A DNA stretch of 64,000 bases from an uncultured Clostridium sp. (lineage in GTDB: Bacteria; Bacillota; Clostridia; TANB77; CAG-508): the NCBI GenBank assembly GCA_947575745.1, contig CANPOS010000001.1, forward strand, positions 1,105-65,104. The letters are read 5' to 3'. The notes under the pieces are model-generated. The model had not been told where the DNA came from, searched no databases, and saw only the letters and a program-made list of their open reading frames with translations. Positions 1-13,507 of this stretch are shown one piece after another. Made by a program: the position numbers and the translations under genes. Numbering within the stretch: position 1 is the first letter of the stretch; the number at the start of each line of letters is the position of its first letter.

Positions 1-177
1 ACTGAAATTGCAGTAATTTTAAATTGTAAACAAAATACCTATCAACAATATGAATCTGGAAAAAGACAAATTCCAATAGAAGCACTAAAAAAACTATCTA
101 TTTTTTATAATACTAGCATCGATTATTTATTAGAAATGACTGATCAAATTGAACCCTATCCAAGAAAAAAGCAATAA
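1..177 (+). CDS. XRE-family HTH regulator, 5'-truncated by the window edge
   Basis: Frame 1 reads TEIAVILNCKQNTYQQYESGKRQIPIEALKKLSIFYNTSIDYLL..., a typical HTH_3 signature; stop TAA at 175-177. Confidence 0.8.
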   Translation, partial: TEIAVILNCKQNTYQQYESGKRQIPIEALKKLSIFYNTSIDYLLEMTDQIEPYPRKKQ

Positions 178-215
178 AAATTGAGAGTAAAACCTAAGTT
201 TTACCCTCAATTTTT
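176..215. terminator. Bidirectional intrinsic terminator between the convergent XRE gene and gyrA
   Basis: Hairpin TTGAGAGTAAAAC-ctaa-GTTTTACCCTCAA flanked by A and T runs. Confidence 0.7.
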
Positions 216-224
216 CTAAATTAA

Positions 225-2684
225 CTATTTTTCTTCTTCATCTGTAACTTCTTCTTCTGATATTTTTTCTATGCTTACAACTTTTCCTTCATTTGTCCTC
301 ATTAGAGTTACACCTTGTGTTGATCTTCCAAGTATACTTATTTCTGATACATTTATTCTTATTATTGTTCCTGTATCTGTTATTAGCATTATATCATCTT
401 TTTCATCTACTAATTTAATTCCAATAAGTTTTCCTGTCTTAGGAGTTATCTTATATGTTATAACACCTTTTCCCGCTCTTGTTTGTACTCTATATTCGTC
501 AAGTTCTGTTCTTTTTCCAAATCCATTTTCTGTAATTGCAAGTAATGTTTGTTTGCTTCCTGTTATTATTGATTCCATTCCAATTACTTGATCATCCTTA
601 TCAAGTTTAATTCCTATAACACCTTGTGATACTCTTCCCATTGGTCTTACATCTTTTTCATCAAATGTTATACATTGACCACCTTCTGTTACAAGAACAA
701 CATTATCTTCTCCATCTGTAAGCCTTACGGAAATAAGCTCATCGCCCTCTTTAAGTGCTATTCCTTGAAGTCCTGTCTTTCTTGAAGTATCATACTCTGT
801 AAGTGCTGTCTTCTTTATTATTCCATTCTTTGTTGCCATTAATAAGTATTTACCTTCTGCTATATTTTGAAGTGGAATAATTGCTGATATTTTTTCTCCT
901 GGATCTAAACTTAAAAGATTAACTATTGCTGTTCCTTTTGCAGTTCTACCTGCTTCTGGTATTTCATATCCTCTTAGTTTATATAACTTTCCTTTATTGC
1001 TAAAGAACATTATTATATCATGTGTTGAAGCTGTAAATATTTCTTTAACAAAATCTTCTTCTCTTGTTGCAATACCTGTTATTCCTTTTCCACCTCTTTT
1101 TTGGCTCTTATATGTATCTATTGGCATTCTTTTTATATATCCAAAGTGAGTTAGTGCTATAACAGTTTGCTCTTCTTTTACTAAATCCTCATCTTCAAAT
1201 TCTTCTGCACTTGCAAGTATTTTAGTTCTTCTTTCGTCTCCATATTTATCTTTTATTTCTAATAACTCTTCTTTTATAACTTCAAATACTAGTCTTTCAC
1301 TTCCAAGAATTGCTTTTAATTTTTCAATAAGTTTCATTAACTCATTATATTCTTCTTCTATTTTCTCTCTTTGCAATCCTTGTAATGTTCTTAATCTCAT
1401 ATCCAAAATAGCTTGTGCTTGAATTTCAGATAGTCCAAATTTTTCCATTAATTTTTCTTTTGCATCATCATAAGATGTTCTTATTATTCTTATTACTTCA
1501 TCAATATTATCTATCGCTATTCTTAACCCCTCTAGTATATGTGCTCTTGCTTCTGCCTTGTCTAGCTCAAACTTTGTTCTACGAAGTACTACTTCTTTTC
1601 TATGTGCTATATAATAATCTAAGCATTGTCTTAGTGTTAAAATTCTTGGAACTCCATCAACTAAAGCTAACATTATTACACCAAAAGTTTCTTGCATTTG
1701 TGTATATTTATATAATCTATTTAATACTACTTGTGCATTTGCATCTCTTTTTAGTTCAATTACTAATCTAACATTTGCTGTTCTATCTGATTCATCTCTT
1801 ATTGCTGAAATTCCTTCGATTTTCTTATCTCTAGCTAAATCATCTATATATTTATGAAGTCTTGCTTTATTTACTTGATATGGAAGTGATGTAACAACTA
1901 TTCTTTGTCTATTTCCTGACATTTCTTCTATTTCTGCTTCTGCTCTCATTATGATTTTTCCTCTTCCTGTTGTATATGCTTTTTTTATACCTTCTCTTCC
2001 AAGAATTGTTGCACCCGTAGGGAAATCTGGGCCTTTTATTATTTGCATTAATTCATCGTCTGTTACTTCATCACTATCTATTATTTTTATAAGTCCATTA
2101 ATAATTTCTGTTAAATTATGTGGTGGGATATTTGTTGCCATTCCTACTGCAATTCCTGAAGAACCATTTAATAAAAGCGCTGGTAGTCTTGCTGGTAATA
2201 CACTTGGTTCTTGTAATCTATCATCATAGTTAGGTACAAAGTTTACTGTATTTTTTTCTATGTCACTCATCATATAATTTGCAATTTTTGACATTCTTGC
2301 TTCTGTGTACCTCATTGCTGCTGGTGGATCTCCATCTATTGATCCAAAGTTTCCATGTCCATCTATTAATGGGTACCTTAAACTAAAAGGTTGTGCCATT
2401 CTTACCATTGCATCATATACAGCTGCATCTCCATGTGGATGATATCTTCCTAAAACAGAACCTACTGTATTTGCAGATTTTCTGTATGGCTTGTCTGAAG
2501 TTATACCATCTTCATGCATTGAATATAGTATTCTTCTATGTACTGGTTTTAAACCGTCTCTTACATCTGGAAGGGCACGAGCAACAATAACACTCATTGC
2601 ATAATCAATATATGCTGTTTTCATTTCCTTCTCAATATCTCTCTCGATTATTTTTTCTTCTGGTCTATCCATTTTAACCTCCAT
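225..2684 (-). CDS. gyrA: DNA gyrase subunit A
   Basis: [15 protein letters not shown] catalytic Tyr motif, GyrA-box QKRGGKG, C-terminal pinwheel repeats. Confidence 0.98.
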   Translation of the reverse strand: MEVKMDRPEEKIIERDIEKEMKTAYIDYAMSVIVARALPDVRDGLKPVHRRILYSMHEDGITSDKPYRKSANTVGSVLGRYHPHGDAAVYDAMVRMAQPFSLRYPLIDGHGNFGSIDGDPPAAMRYTEARMSKIANYMMSDIEKNTVNFVPNYDDRLQEPSVLPARLPALLLNGSSGIAVGMATNIPPHNLTEIINGLIKIIDSDEVTDDELMQIIKGPDFPTGATILGREGIKKAYTTGRGKIIMRAEAEIEEMSGNRQRIVVTSLPYQVNKARLHKYIDDLARDKKIEGISAIRDESDRTANVRLVIELKRDANAQVVLNRLYKYTQMQETFGVIMLALVDGVPRILTLRQCLDYYIAHRKEVVLRRTKFELDKAEARAHILEGLRIAIDNIDEVIRIIRTSYDDAKEKLMEKFGLSEIQAQAILDMRLRTLQGLQREKIEEEYNELMKLIEKLKAILGSERLVFEVIKEELLEIKDKYGDERRTKILASAEEFEDEDLVKEEQTVIALTHFGYIKRMPIDTYKSQKRGGKGITGIATREEDFVKEIFTASTHDIIMFFSNKGKLYKLRGYEIPEAGRTAKGTAIVNLLSLDPGEKISAIIPLQNIAEGKYLLMATKNGIIKKTALTEYDTSRKTGLQGIALKEGDELISVRLTDGEDNVVLVTEGGQCITFDEKDVRPMGRVSQGVIGIKLDKDDQVIGMESIITGSKQTLLAITENGFGKRTELDEYRVQTRAGKGVITYKITPKTGKLIGIKLVDEKDDIMLITDTGTIIRINVSEISILGRSTQGVTLMRTNEGKVVSIEKISEEEVTDEEEK

Positions 2685-2765
2685 TTTTTGCCTATTTTCA
2701 TAGACTTATTATACTAAACCAGATTTTTTTTTGCAAGTGTTTTGTCGACATAACTTAATTAAATT

Positions 2766-3516
2766 TTAAATTATTTTAGCTAATTTTAGCTCGTCTTCAC
2801 TAATGTTTTCTAGTGTATTTCCTTTATTCTTTATAAGAGTTTGGATATTTTCTATACTCCTTGCCTCTTGGATTGTATTTTCTATTGGAAGTAAATTCTC
2901 TAGTTTCTTTTTTATCTTATTATATTCTCTATTCATACCAGTTAAGTCTTTTTGTTCTAAACATTTATTCCAATTATTTATATACTTTCCTACTTTTTCA
3001 ACTCCATCAACTTGTTCCATAAAATTTTCTTCAATTCCACTACTTATACAATCCTTAAGTACATTTTTTCCTTTCTTTATTATATTGGCAGTTGTATTAT
3101 TTATTAATCCATTCTCCTTTGCTGCTTTTACAGCATTATCTATAACATTTGATGCACTATCTATTATTCCGTCCAGATTTTATTGCTGTATATGCCTGTG
3201 AAACAGAATCAAACTTTCCTGTTACTATTCCCATTGCACTCTTCCCTAAGTTTATAGCTGAATCTATTGCAGTTTTTATTCCGCTTTTTATACCTTCATT
3301 AAATATTACATTTTTTATTCCTATAACTTCATCTTCTATTGCATTTGGAAGTATTGTCCTAAGAGCTATATCACAACCTGTATTTATTACTTTTCCTATT
3401 GTACTTTCTAAAAAACTATTTTGTGATTTTTCAATATTCTCTTCTTGATTTACTACCTCTAGCTCATTTTTTATTTCGTTTTGATTTTCTAATTTTTCTT
3501 CAATATCCATACTCAT
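2766..3516 (-). CDS. Hypothetical protein (~249 aa), one +1 shift at CGGA
   Basis: ORFs 3157-3516 and 2766-3020 join without stops if CGGA at 3168-3171 is read as Gly (...IKSG-G-IIDSASNVID...). Confidence 0.7.
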
Positions 3517-3526
3517 TTCTCCTTTT

Positions 3527-5294
3527 TTAACTTATCATTTCTTTTTCAAATTCGTCTGACTCAATCCTAGTCAATATATGTTCATCTCCAACAAACATTA
3601 AACATTCTCCTCTTTTCAAAGATTTTATTTCTATCTTCTCCTTTTCAGAAAGATTTGTATATTGACATAAAAGTTTTATGTTCTCTTCTTCTAATGAAAA
3701 AAACGTTTTTATACTTGAGTTATTTAATATGCTTTTTCCATATGTCCCATTGTCTAAACTAAATAAATCTGATATATCTTGAGTTATTGCAACTGCACTT
3801 CCTCCATATTTCCTGATTGTTTTAAATATCTTATAAATAAAGCTTGCAACATATTTATTTGACGTTACCCCGAATTAATCTCCATATTTCATCTAGATAT
3901 ATTGCCTTTTTTACATTTCTATCTTTCTTTATCTTATCGTAAAACAATTCTATGAAGATATACATACCATACTTTATATTTTCTTCTCCTAATTCATAAA
4001 TATCCGCAACAATTAGCTTACTATTTACTTTTATATTCGTATGATGATTTAAAAAGTTTAAAGAACCTTTTATAAATGGAGTTAACTTCACAGCAAATAA
4101 TTTTGTTTTTTCATCTTGTTTTAATATATTATATAAATCTTCTAATATTGGCATATCTTTACTTTCTTTAAATATAGTTTCTACTCGACCATTTATATCT
4201 TTTTCTACATATAAACTATTATCATCAAAAGTTATCCCTTTTTTGTTATAACACTCTATTAATTTTTCTTCTAATATTGCTTTTTCTTCTTCATTCATTT
4301 CTCCAAATACTAAGTTAAAAAAGCCAATTAATTTTCCAATTTTTGTAAGTAAATATCCTTGTTCAGAATCTTCTATACATTCTTTTCTTATATCGAATAA
4401 ATTTATGTAAGTGCTTGAAGATGCTCCTATCTTGAATAAAGTTCCTTCCAAATTTTTACAAATATTTATATACTCTCTTTCTGGGTCAATTATATATTGT
4501 TCTATCCCAAGTAACCTATTTCTTAAAATCAAAAGTTTTGTATAATAAGATTTTCCTGCACCACTTGTTCCAAAAATACATATATTTGCATTTTTGTATT
4601 TTTCTGTATTATATCTATCTATAAACACTAGTGAGTTATTATAAACATTAGTACCTATAAAAATTCCATTTTCATCAAAAATTGAAGAAGATACAAATGG
4701 ATATGTTGATAATAAACCACTTGTTAATATATTTCTTTTAGTTACTTTTTTCACATCATCATGATTTTGCATAAATGGAAGTGTTGATATATAGCTTTGT
4801 TCTTCTCTAAAATATGCTCTCCTAGTTTGTATTCCTCTGCTCTGTGCTATACCTTCAATTTTGTTCAATAAGTATTCTAATTCTTTTTTATCTTTAGAAA
4901 ATACTGTTAGGTAAATATACATGTAGTACATTTCTTCATTATTTATTTGCATTTCTTTTCTTATGTATTTTGCATCATTATAACTAAATGCTGCAATATC
5001 TATATCCTGTTTATTTTGATTGCTATCCTTTAGTTCAACTCCTATATTTCCTATATGATAGGTTAACTCTTTTATTGTTTTATATGTGTCTTGTTTTTCA
5101 TAGAATATAGAAATATTTATATTAACATTTGTATCTATTAAACTCTTTAAAATCAAATCATTTTGCTCTCTATAATAGTTTATACATAGTAAACATGAGT
5201 AAAACATTTCATCTATTTCTATGTACTTTGGATTTGTCAAATTTACATATGATGGTGTCAAAACGTCTTTTTCCGTAAGTGTTCCCTCAATCAC
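3527..5294 (-). CDS. VirB4/TraC-like (conjugation-type) ATPase, one +1 shift at CGGG
   Basis: Walker A GTSGAGKS, IIDPEREY, Walker B YLDEIW; after CGGG (3869-3872) the +1 frame gives IFKTIRKYGGSAVAITQD, the expected VirB4 C-terminal motif; stop at 3527. Confidence 0.85.
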
Positions 5295-5369
5295 TTCACT
5301 TTTATCTTTTGATTTTTCTTCTTTTTTTTCTAAAACTTTAAATTGTCCTCCTTCTATATTTCTCCCTCC

Positions 5370-5927
5370 TTATTTTAATAAACTCTTCCTTGTATTCAAA
5401 AAAGAATATAGTATATTTATCATTTCTTCTTTATTTTCAATTTCTTTTAGATTATTTCCGCATCTTATAAGTGTTTCTTTTATTTTTAAATAGTTTTCAT
5501 TTAACTCGGATATATTCATATCTTCTGAATTATTATTTTCATTTTTGATTATTATATAGAAATTTTTTGAAGATGAATTTTTCTCTAGGTTTAATCGGTT
5601 TATGAACTCAATATATTTTTGTGATATTTTTAACAGATTTAAATTATCTTCTTGACATACTTTTTCTTTGATTTTTGAAATATGATTTGATAAATCTTCC
5701 TTTGAACTTTGTATTAATATTTGAATATTGAAATTACAGGTTTTTAAAAAAGTTTTATATGAACTTAAAATAGCTTCCTTTTCTAAATCAGATTTTAAAT
5801 TATAATTAATAGGGATAACTTTTATTACTTTTATGTACATATTGTTTTTTATCTTTATAATCCCTCTTTCCATGACTTTTTCAAAAGGCAACCATTCCTG
5901 CAATGACAAAGTCTTTTTTTGTGGCAT
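5370..5927 (-). CDS. Hypothetical protein resembling the N-terminal/partner domain found before Firmicute VirB4 ATPases
   Basis: 185-aa ORF with RBS, co-oriented directly upstream of the VirB4-like gene. Confidence 0.55.
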   Translation of the reverse strand: MPQKKTLSLQEWLPFEKVMERGIIKIKNNMYIKVIKVIPINYNLKSDLEKEAILSSYKTFLKTCNFNIQILIQSSKEDLSNHISKIKEKVCQEDNLNLLKISQKYIEFINRLNLEKNSSSKNFYIIIKNENNNSEDMNISELNENYLKIKETLIRCGNNLKEIENKEEMINILYSFLNTRKSLLK

Positions 5928-6117
5928 ATGAAAAACTCCTTTTATTATTAATTTGATTTTTTGGGTTCATTTTAGAATTAACTAATTGAAAATTGAATAT
6001 AATTTTAATTTGAATTTAAAATTTATGAACTCATTTTAAAATGTTTTTTCTATTTTGTCAAGTTTTTTTGAAAAATTTGTTAAGAATATTTTATCGAATT
6101 TTGTCTATAATAATATT

Positions 6118-6497
6118 ATAAAATTAATATTAGTCGGACCAAGAGCAGTATAGGGTTCCATTTTGAGCTTTATATTGTTTGTGCAAAGGTGAATTATAGC
6201 TTTGCTTTTAGGTTATAATTTGCCGGCGATGCGAGTATATTATTTGTATGTAAGTTGCATCTTGTTTTTTCTTTTATATGTGACTAAATTATAGGTAATA
6301 TATTCAAAGTTAAGATTATATTTATATTTTATAGTTTGCGTTATTAGTCCCTTGTGGATGAATATGTGTATTATGAGTGTTCTTATAGTCGAGCGAAAGA
6401 TTAATATATGTGGTTGATTGTTTATTTATATAGCAATATATATTAAATGAAAAAATTATGTGTATTAGTTCTAGCCTAAGATTAATATTAGTTTTAT
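6118..6497 (+). ncRNA. Candidate ~380-nt structured non-coding RNA of unknown family
   Basis: 18-bp closing stem (6118-6135 with 6480-6497), several internal hairpins needing G-U pairs on + strand, TATAAT at 6106-6111, terminator-like hairpin ~6500-6535, no ORF. Confidence 0.55.
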
Positions 6498-6589
6498 CGA
6501 GATAAAGAGGGAGATTTTTTCTCCCTCTTATCTTTTAACCCTTATTTCCGTAAGAAATACTTAATATTTTAACTGTCATTATCTATTTT

Positions 6590-8558
<1,969 letters not shown>

Positions 8559-8639
8559 TGTTTTCCTCCTTTTGTATTTTACTTTTGCTTTCTTTTTAGA
8601 TTATATTATCTTTTTTACATAAAAATCAAGTGTTTTTTA

Positions 8640-9714
8640 TTATTTATTATCAAATACTTGTCCGATTCTCAACATAAAAGATTTTTTTATATTCATTTTT
8701 TAATTCTAATTTATCAGTACAAGTAATGATTATTTGTGTATCTTTCACATCTTCTAAAAACTTCTCTCTTCTTTCTTTATCTAACTCTGACATGAAATCG
8801 TCTAATAATAATATTGGCATTTCTTCTATTTCTTCTTTTATTATTTCAAGTTCACTTAATTTTATTGAAAGTATTGTACTTCTTCTTTGCCCTTGTGAAC
8901 CATATATTTCTATTTCTTCATCATTTATATACAATTTTAAATCGTCTCTATGCACACCTTTTCCTGTAAAACCTTTTATTATATCTAATTTTCTATTTTT
9001 CTCTAATGTCTTTATAAAATTTTCTCTATTTAAGAAATTTGAAACATATTCTATTCTTAATATTTCTTTATTATCAGTTATTTTTTTATGAATGTCAACT
9101 ATTTTTTCTTTTATTTTTTCTACAAATTCTTTTCTGTAACTGTAAATTACTTCTGCATAATCTGCAAGTTTTTCTTCCCAGATACTAAGCAATTCCTCTT
9201 GTTTATTTTCAAATTTTATCTGTTTTAAATAGTTGTTTCTTTGCTCCAAAACCTTATTATACATATTCAAATTATACAAATAATTAGGTCTTAGTTGACT
9301 TATCATTACATCTAAAATTTTTCTTCTTCTGGATGGGCCTTCTTTAAAAATATCTATATCATCAGGTGTAAACAATACAATGTTTATATTTCCTAGTACT
9401 TCGCTCATTTTTTTAGCCTTTATTCCATTAACTGAAATTTGCTTTTTATCAGAAATCTCTACCTTTATTGTCCCTTCTCTATCCTTTTTAGAATACTTAA
9501 TCTCATCTACTGCAAAGCCTTTATTTATATTTATTAATTCTTTATCTTTACTTGTTCTACATGACTTTCCAATAGCTGATAAATATATTGCTTCTATGAT
9601 ATTAGTTTTCCCCTGAGCGTTATTTCCGTAGAAGATATTGATATTTTTGTCAAGCTCTATTTCCTGTTCTATATAATTTCTAAAATTAGAAAGTTTTATC
9701 TTTTCTATGTACAT
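8640..9714 (-). CDS. recF: DNA replication/repair protein RecF; +1 shift at CGGA near the C-terminus
   Basis: GNNAQGKTN Walker A, GSQGQ, LLLDD; CGGA at 8661-8664 gives the typical end YVEN-G-QVFDNK*. Confidence 0.95.
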
Positions 9715-9718
9715 AAAT

Positions 9719-10837
9719 TTACTCCTGAATTCTTATAGGTAAAATCATATACACATAATCCCCTGTTTCTTCAACAGATTTGATTATTGAAGGTGATAAA
9801 CTACTTCCAAATTCTACAAACACTTCTTCTTCCTCTATTGCTTTTAATGCATCTAAGAAATATTTTGGATTAAATCCTACTTCTAGATTTTTTCCTTCAG
9901 TTGTTAAAAACACCTCTTCTTTTGCATCTCCAGCTTGGTTTTTACATGAAATTACAATTTTTCCTATTTCTATTGACACTTTAACTGGGTACTTTCTTTC
10001 TTTTTCAATAGTAGACATTGAAATTAAACTTACTCTTTCAAAACATTCTTGCAATTCTTTCTTATTTACTCTTATTCTTGTTTCCCAATTTTTAGGTATT
10101 ACTCTTTCATAATCTAAGAACTCTCCTTCAAGAAGTCTTGTAACTATCTTACAATTTTCCATTTCAAATAATGCTTGATTTTTAGCTATACTAATTTTTA
10201 CTTTTTCAAATGAATCTGATATTATTTTGTTCACTTCATTTAAAGTCTTTCCAGGAATTACTACTTTAAAATCATTTACTTTTTCTTCTAAAAACTTACT
10301 TTTCCATCCTAATCTATATCCATCCACTGCTACTACATTTATTTTATTATCTTTTATTTCAAACAAACATCCAGTAAATATTGGTCTATGTGTTTCTATG
10401 CTTACTGCAAATATTGTTTTTCTAATCATATCTTTTAAAGTATTTTGTTCTAATTCTACTGAATTTTCCTCATCTATTTGTGGTAATTCAGGAAATTCTA
10501 ATGGATTCATTGTTGCTAATTTATATAAAGAACCTTCACATTCTATAACTAATAAATCTTTTTCATCTACTGTAATTGATATTTCTGTATCTGGTAACTT
10601 TCTTATTATCTCACTAAATACTGATGCTGTTACCACTGTATTTCCTTGTTCAATTACTTCACAGTTTATTACATACTCTATACCTAACTCTAAATCATAT
10701 GTAGTTAGTTTTACTTGGTTATCATTTGTTTGAATAAGTATTCCTTCTAATATAGGCATTGTTGTTCTTGATGATACTCCTCTTACTACGGAATTAATAG
10801 CTTTAAGCAAATTTGCCTTTTCACAAATAAATTTCAT
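9719..10837 (-). CDS. dnaN: DNA polymerase III beta clamp
   Basis: AVDGYRL, GFNPKY, MILPIR motifs; position downstream of dnaA. Confidence 0.97.
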   Translation of the reverse strand: MKFICEKANLLKAINSVVRGVSSRTTMPILEGILIQTNDNQVKLTTYDLELGIEYVINCEVIEQGNTVVTASVFSEIIRKLPDTEISITVDEKDLLVIECEGSLYKLATMNPLEFPELPQIDEENSVELEQNTLKDMIRKTIFAVSIETHRPIFTGCLFEIKDNKINVVAVDGYRLGWKSKFLEEKVNDFKVVIPGKTLNEVNKIISDSFEKVKISIAKNQALFEMENCKIVTRLLEGEFLDYERVIPKNWETRIRVNKKELQECFERVSLISMSTIEKERKYPVKVSIEIGKIVISCKNQAGDAKEEVFLTTEGKNLEVGFNPKYFLDALKAIEEEEVFVEFGSSLSPSIIKSVEETGDYVYMILPIRIQE

Positions 10838-11154
10838 GCGGGATTTCCTCCTTTTTAATATATAATATTTTTAGTAGTAGTAGTAGTAGTAATGTGAATT
10901 GTGTGGAAAAGTGTATTTTATCTTTCTGTCCGTAAGCTTTGTATATGTTTATAAGTTGTTGATAATTTTAATCTGAATCCACATTGAAAAATTTTTTATG
11001 TGGAACTTTTAGTTTTCAACATGTTATAAACAGATTATCAACATCTTAATGTGAATAACTAATGTATTGCTTCCGTAAGAAGAATTGCACTTTTGTTTTT
11101 GTCTTTTTTGTATTACAAACAATTATTTTTTGAAAAGTAAGTTTTTAGTTTATT
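10838..11154. promoter_or_regulatory. oriC: oriC unwinding region with DnaA-trios and DnaA boxes
   Basis: (TAG)6 at 10872-10889 next to boxes TGTGAATTG (10893) and TGTGGAAAA (10902), further near-consensus boxes TTATCAACA (11035) and TGTGAATAA (11050); gene orientation switches around dnaA/rpmH. Confidence 0.88.
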
Positions 11155-12504
11155 TTATCCTTCTTGAGGTTTTAATAAAGTGTTTTTCACAAAATCCACA
11201 TTTCTAATTGTTTCTGCATTATGATGTTTTAATTCTTGTTCTATTTTGTTACAAGCATGCATTACTGTTGAATGATCTCTTTTTCCAAATGAGTTTCCTA
11301 TACTTTTATATTGCATTTTTGCAAGCTCACGGCAGAAATACATTGCAACTTGTCTTGGATAAGCTATTTCATTTGAACGTTTTGAACTATCTAAATCTTC
11401 AACAGGTATGTTAAAGTATTTTGCAACAGTATTTTTAATGTATTCTGGAGATATAACCTTGTCCCTATGTGCTATTACATCTCTAATTGCTTGATCAGCT
11501 AATTCTAATGTTATAGGTTGATGAGTAAGACTAGCTTTTGCAACTATTTTGTTTAATACTCCTTCTAGCTCTCTTATATTTGTATCTATTTTTTCAGCTA
11601 TTGCAGAAAGAACTATATCATCTACTATTGTATTAGTTACTTGAACTTTTTTTCTAAGTATAGCAAGTCTAGTTTCGTAATTTGCAGCAGATATATCTAC
11701 TAATAGTCCACAGTCAAAACGGGATTTTAAGCGTTCTTCAAGCGGGTTAATATCTTTTGGAGGTTTATCACTTGTAAGAACAATTTGTCCTTTATTTTCA
11801 CAAATTGAATTAAAAGTATGGAAAAATTCTTCTTGTATTCCCTCTTTTCCAGCTATAAATTGAATATCGTCTATTAAAAGTACATCTACATTTCTGTATT
11901 TTTTTCTGAAATTTTCATTAGAATTATCTTTTATTCCATTAATAAATTCATTTGTAAATGTTTCAGAAGTTACATATAAAACTTTTTTATAAGGAGTTCT
12001 TTTTAAAACTTCATTACCTATAGCATGCATTAGATGAGTTTTACCAAGACCTACTCCTCCATATATAAACAATGGATTATAAGCAATACCAGGAGCTTCA
12101 GCAACTGCCAGCGAAGCTGCATGAGCAAATCTATTATTTTCACCAATAACAAAATTATTAAAAGTATATTGAGAGTTTAAATTTGCATCCTTTTTTGGTC
12201 CTTGAGGTAATATAATAGAAGAATCTTGAACATTTTCTAAATCTTCTTTGCTAATAAAAGTAATATTGTAATCTTCATCATTATTAAGTAATTGCTTAAA
12301 ACAATTGCAAAATAATGGAATATATGAACGAAGCTGATCAGCATAAAAAGCTTGTGGAATAAGTAATTTTACATTATTTTCATTAATAGAAACGATATCT
12401 AATGGTGAAACCCAAGTTGTATATGTTATAGGACTTACGCCATCTTCACAAATTTCTTTAAAACGATTAGTTAAATCTGTATAATCAGTATTTTCTTCTT
12501 GCAT
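11155..12504 (-). CDS. dnaA: Chromosomal replication initiator DnaA
   Basis: YNPLFIYGGVGLGKTHL, LLIDDIQF, RELEG, RDHSTVMHA. Confidence 0.98.
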   Translation of the reverse strand: MQEENTDYTDLTNRFKEICEDGVSPITYTTWVSPLDIVSINENNVKLLIPQAFYADQLRSYIPLFCNCFKQLLNNDEDYNITFISKEDLENVQDSSIILPQGPKKDANLNSQYTFNNFVIGENNRFAHAASLAVAEAPGIAYNPLFIYGGVGLGKTHLMHAIGNEVLKRTPYKKVLYVTSETFTNEFINGIKDNSNENFRKKYRNVDVLLIDDIQFIAGKEGIQEEFFHTFNSICENKGQIVLTSDKPPKDINPLEERLKSRFDCGLLVDISAANYETRLAILRKKVQVTNTIVDDIVLSAIAEKIDTNIRELEGVLNKIVAKASLTHQPITLELADQAIRDVIAHRDKVISPEYIKNTVAKYFNIPVEDLDSSKRSNEIAYPRQVAMYFCRELAKMQYKSIGNSFGKRDHSTVMHACNKIEQELKHHNAETIRNVDFVKNTLLKPQEG

Positions 12505-12641
12505 AATATCCTCCTAAATTTTGTTCTTTAAATATAATATCAAAAAAGAGAAAAAAATGTCAATAAGAAATGTGGAAAATTTTAAATATTATGTGGAAAA
12601 AATTCGAAAATCTTATTTCCCTAAGAAAATTCAAAAAAAAC

Positions 12642-12671
12642 TTGACAATATACTAATTTATAATGTATAAT
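12642..12671 (+). promoter_or_regulatory. Sigma-A promoter of the rpmH operon
   Basis: TTGACA-18 bp-TATAAT; TGTGGAAAA DnaA-box-like sites just upstream (12571, 12592). Confidence 0.7.
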
Positions 12672-12708
12672 TTTAATGTTATTTAACAAGTAATTTAGGA
12701 GGTGCAAA

Positions 12709-12843
12709 ATGAAAAGAACATATCAACCAAAAAAGATACAAAGACAAAAAGAACATGGCTTCTTAAAAAGAATGAAAACTAGATCAGGTAGAAACATATT
12801 AAAGGCTAGAAGATTAAAAGGTAGAAAAAAATTAAGTGCGTAA
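12709..12843 (+). CDS. rpmH: 50S ribosomal protein L34 (not in the ORF track)
   Basis: [53 protein letters not shown]. Confidence 0.97.
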   Translation: MKRTYQPKKIQRQKEHGFLKRMKTRSGRNILKARRLKGRKKLSA

Positions 12844-12928
12844 TATTTAGAAATTTTGACTAAAAAATATAGAACAAATCGCATGTAGCGGTTTGTTCCA
12901 GCATTTAATTGAAATTAGAAGTGATAGT

Positions 12929-13267
12929 ATGAAGAATACAGAAATGTTAAAGAAAAACTATGAATTTAGGTTTGTTTTAACAAAAGGAAAATATTATTCA
13001 GGTAGATACATATATGCTTTTCGTGTAAGTAATAATTCAAACAAAAATAGAATTGGAATAGCAATTGGAACTAAAATAGGAAAAGCTGTAAAGAGAAATT
13101 ATTTAAAAAGAATTATAAAAGAAAGTTATAGACTAAATGAAGAAAAGGCTAGTGTAGGTAATAGTATAGTATTTTCAATTAAAAATAAAACAAATATTAA
13201 TGAAATATCTTTTGAATTAGTAAAAAAGGATATTATTGAAATATTAAATAAAATAGGACAAGCATAA
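12929..13267 (+). CDS. rnpA: Ribonuclease P protein component
   Basis: [13 protein letters not shown] (RNR-type motif); synteny with rpmH. Confidence 0.93.
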   Translation: MKNTEMLKKNYEFRFVLTKGKYYSGRYIYAFRVSNNSNKNRIGIAIGTKIGKAVKRNYLKRIIKESYRLNEEKASVGNSIVFSIKNKTNINEISFELVKKDIIEILNKIGQA

Positions 13268-13271
13268 TATA

Positions 13272-13481
13272 ATGAAAAAAATCTTAATTAATTTAATTGG
13301 AAAATATCAAAAATACATTTCACCAATACTTGGTAACAATTGTAAGTATTATCCTTCATGTTCAGAGTACACAAAGCAAGCAATAGAAAAGTATGGGGCA
13401 GTAAAGGGAAGTTTTTATGGGATAAAAAGGATAGTTAGATGTAATCCTTTTTCAAAAGGTGGTTATGATCCACTAAAATAG
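13272..13481 (+). CDS. yidD: Membrane protein insertion efficiency factor
   Basis: [29 protein letters not shown]. Confidence 0.95.
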   Translation: MKKILINLIGKYQKYISPILGNNCKYYPSCSEYTKQAIEKYGAVKGSFYGIKRIVRCNPFSKGGYDPLK

Positions 13482-13507
13482 ATTAAGCATATTACTAGGA
13501 GGAGCTT

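Noticed and set aside
6118..6497. Identifying the structured region as RNase P RNA, tmRNA or a guanidine riboswitch
   Set aside because: Size fits RNase P and tmRNA but their conserved motifs are absent; only TAGGGTTCC resembles ykkC and the rest of that consensus is missing
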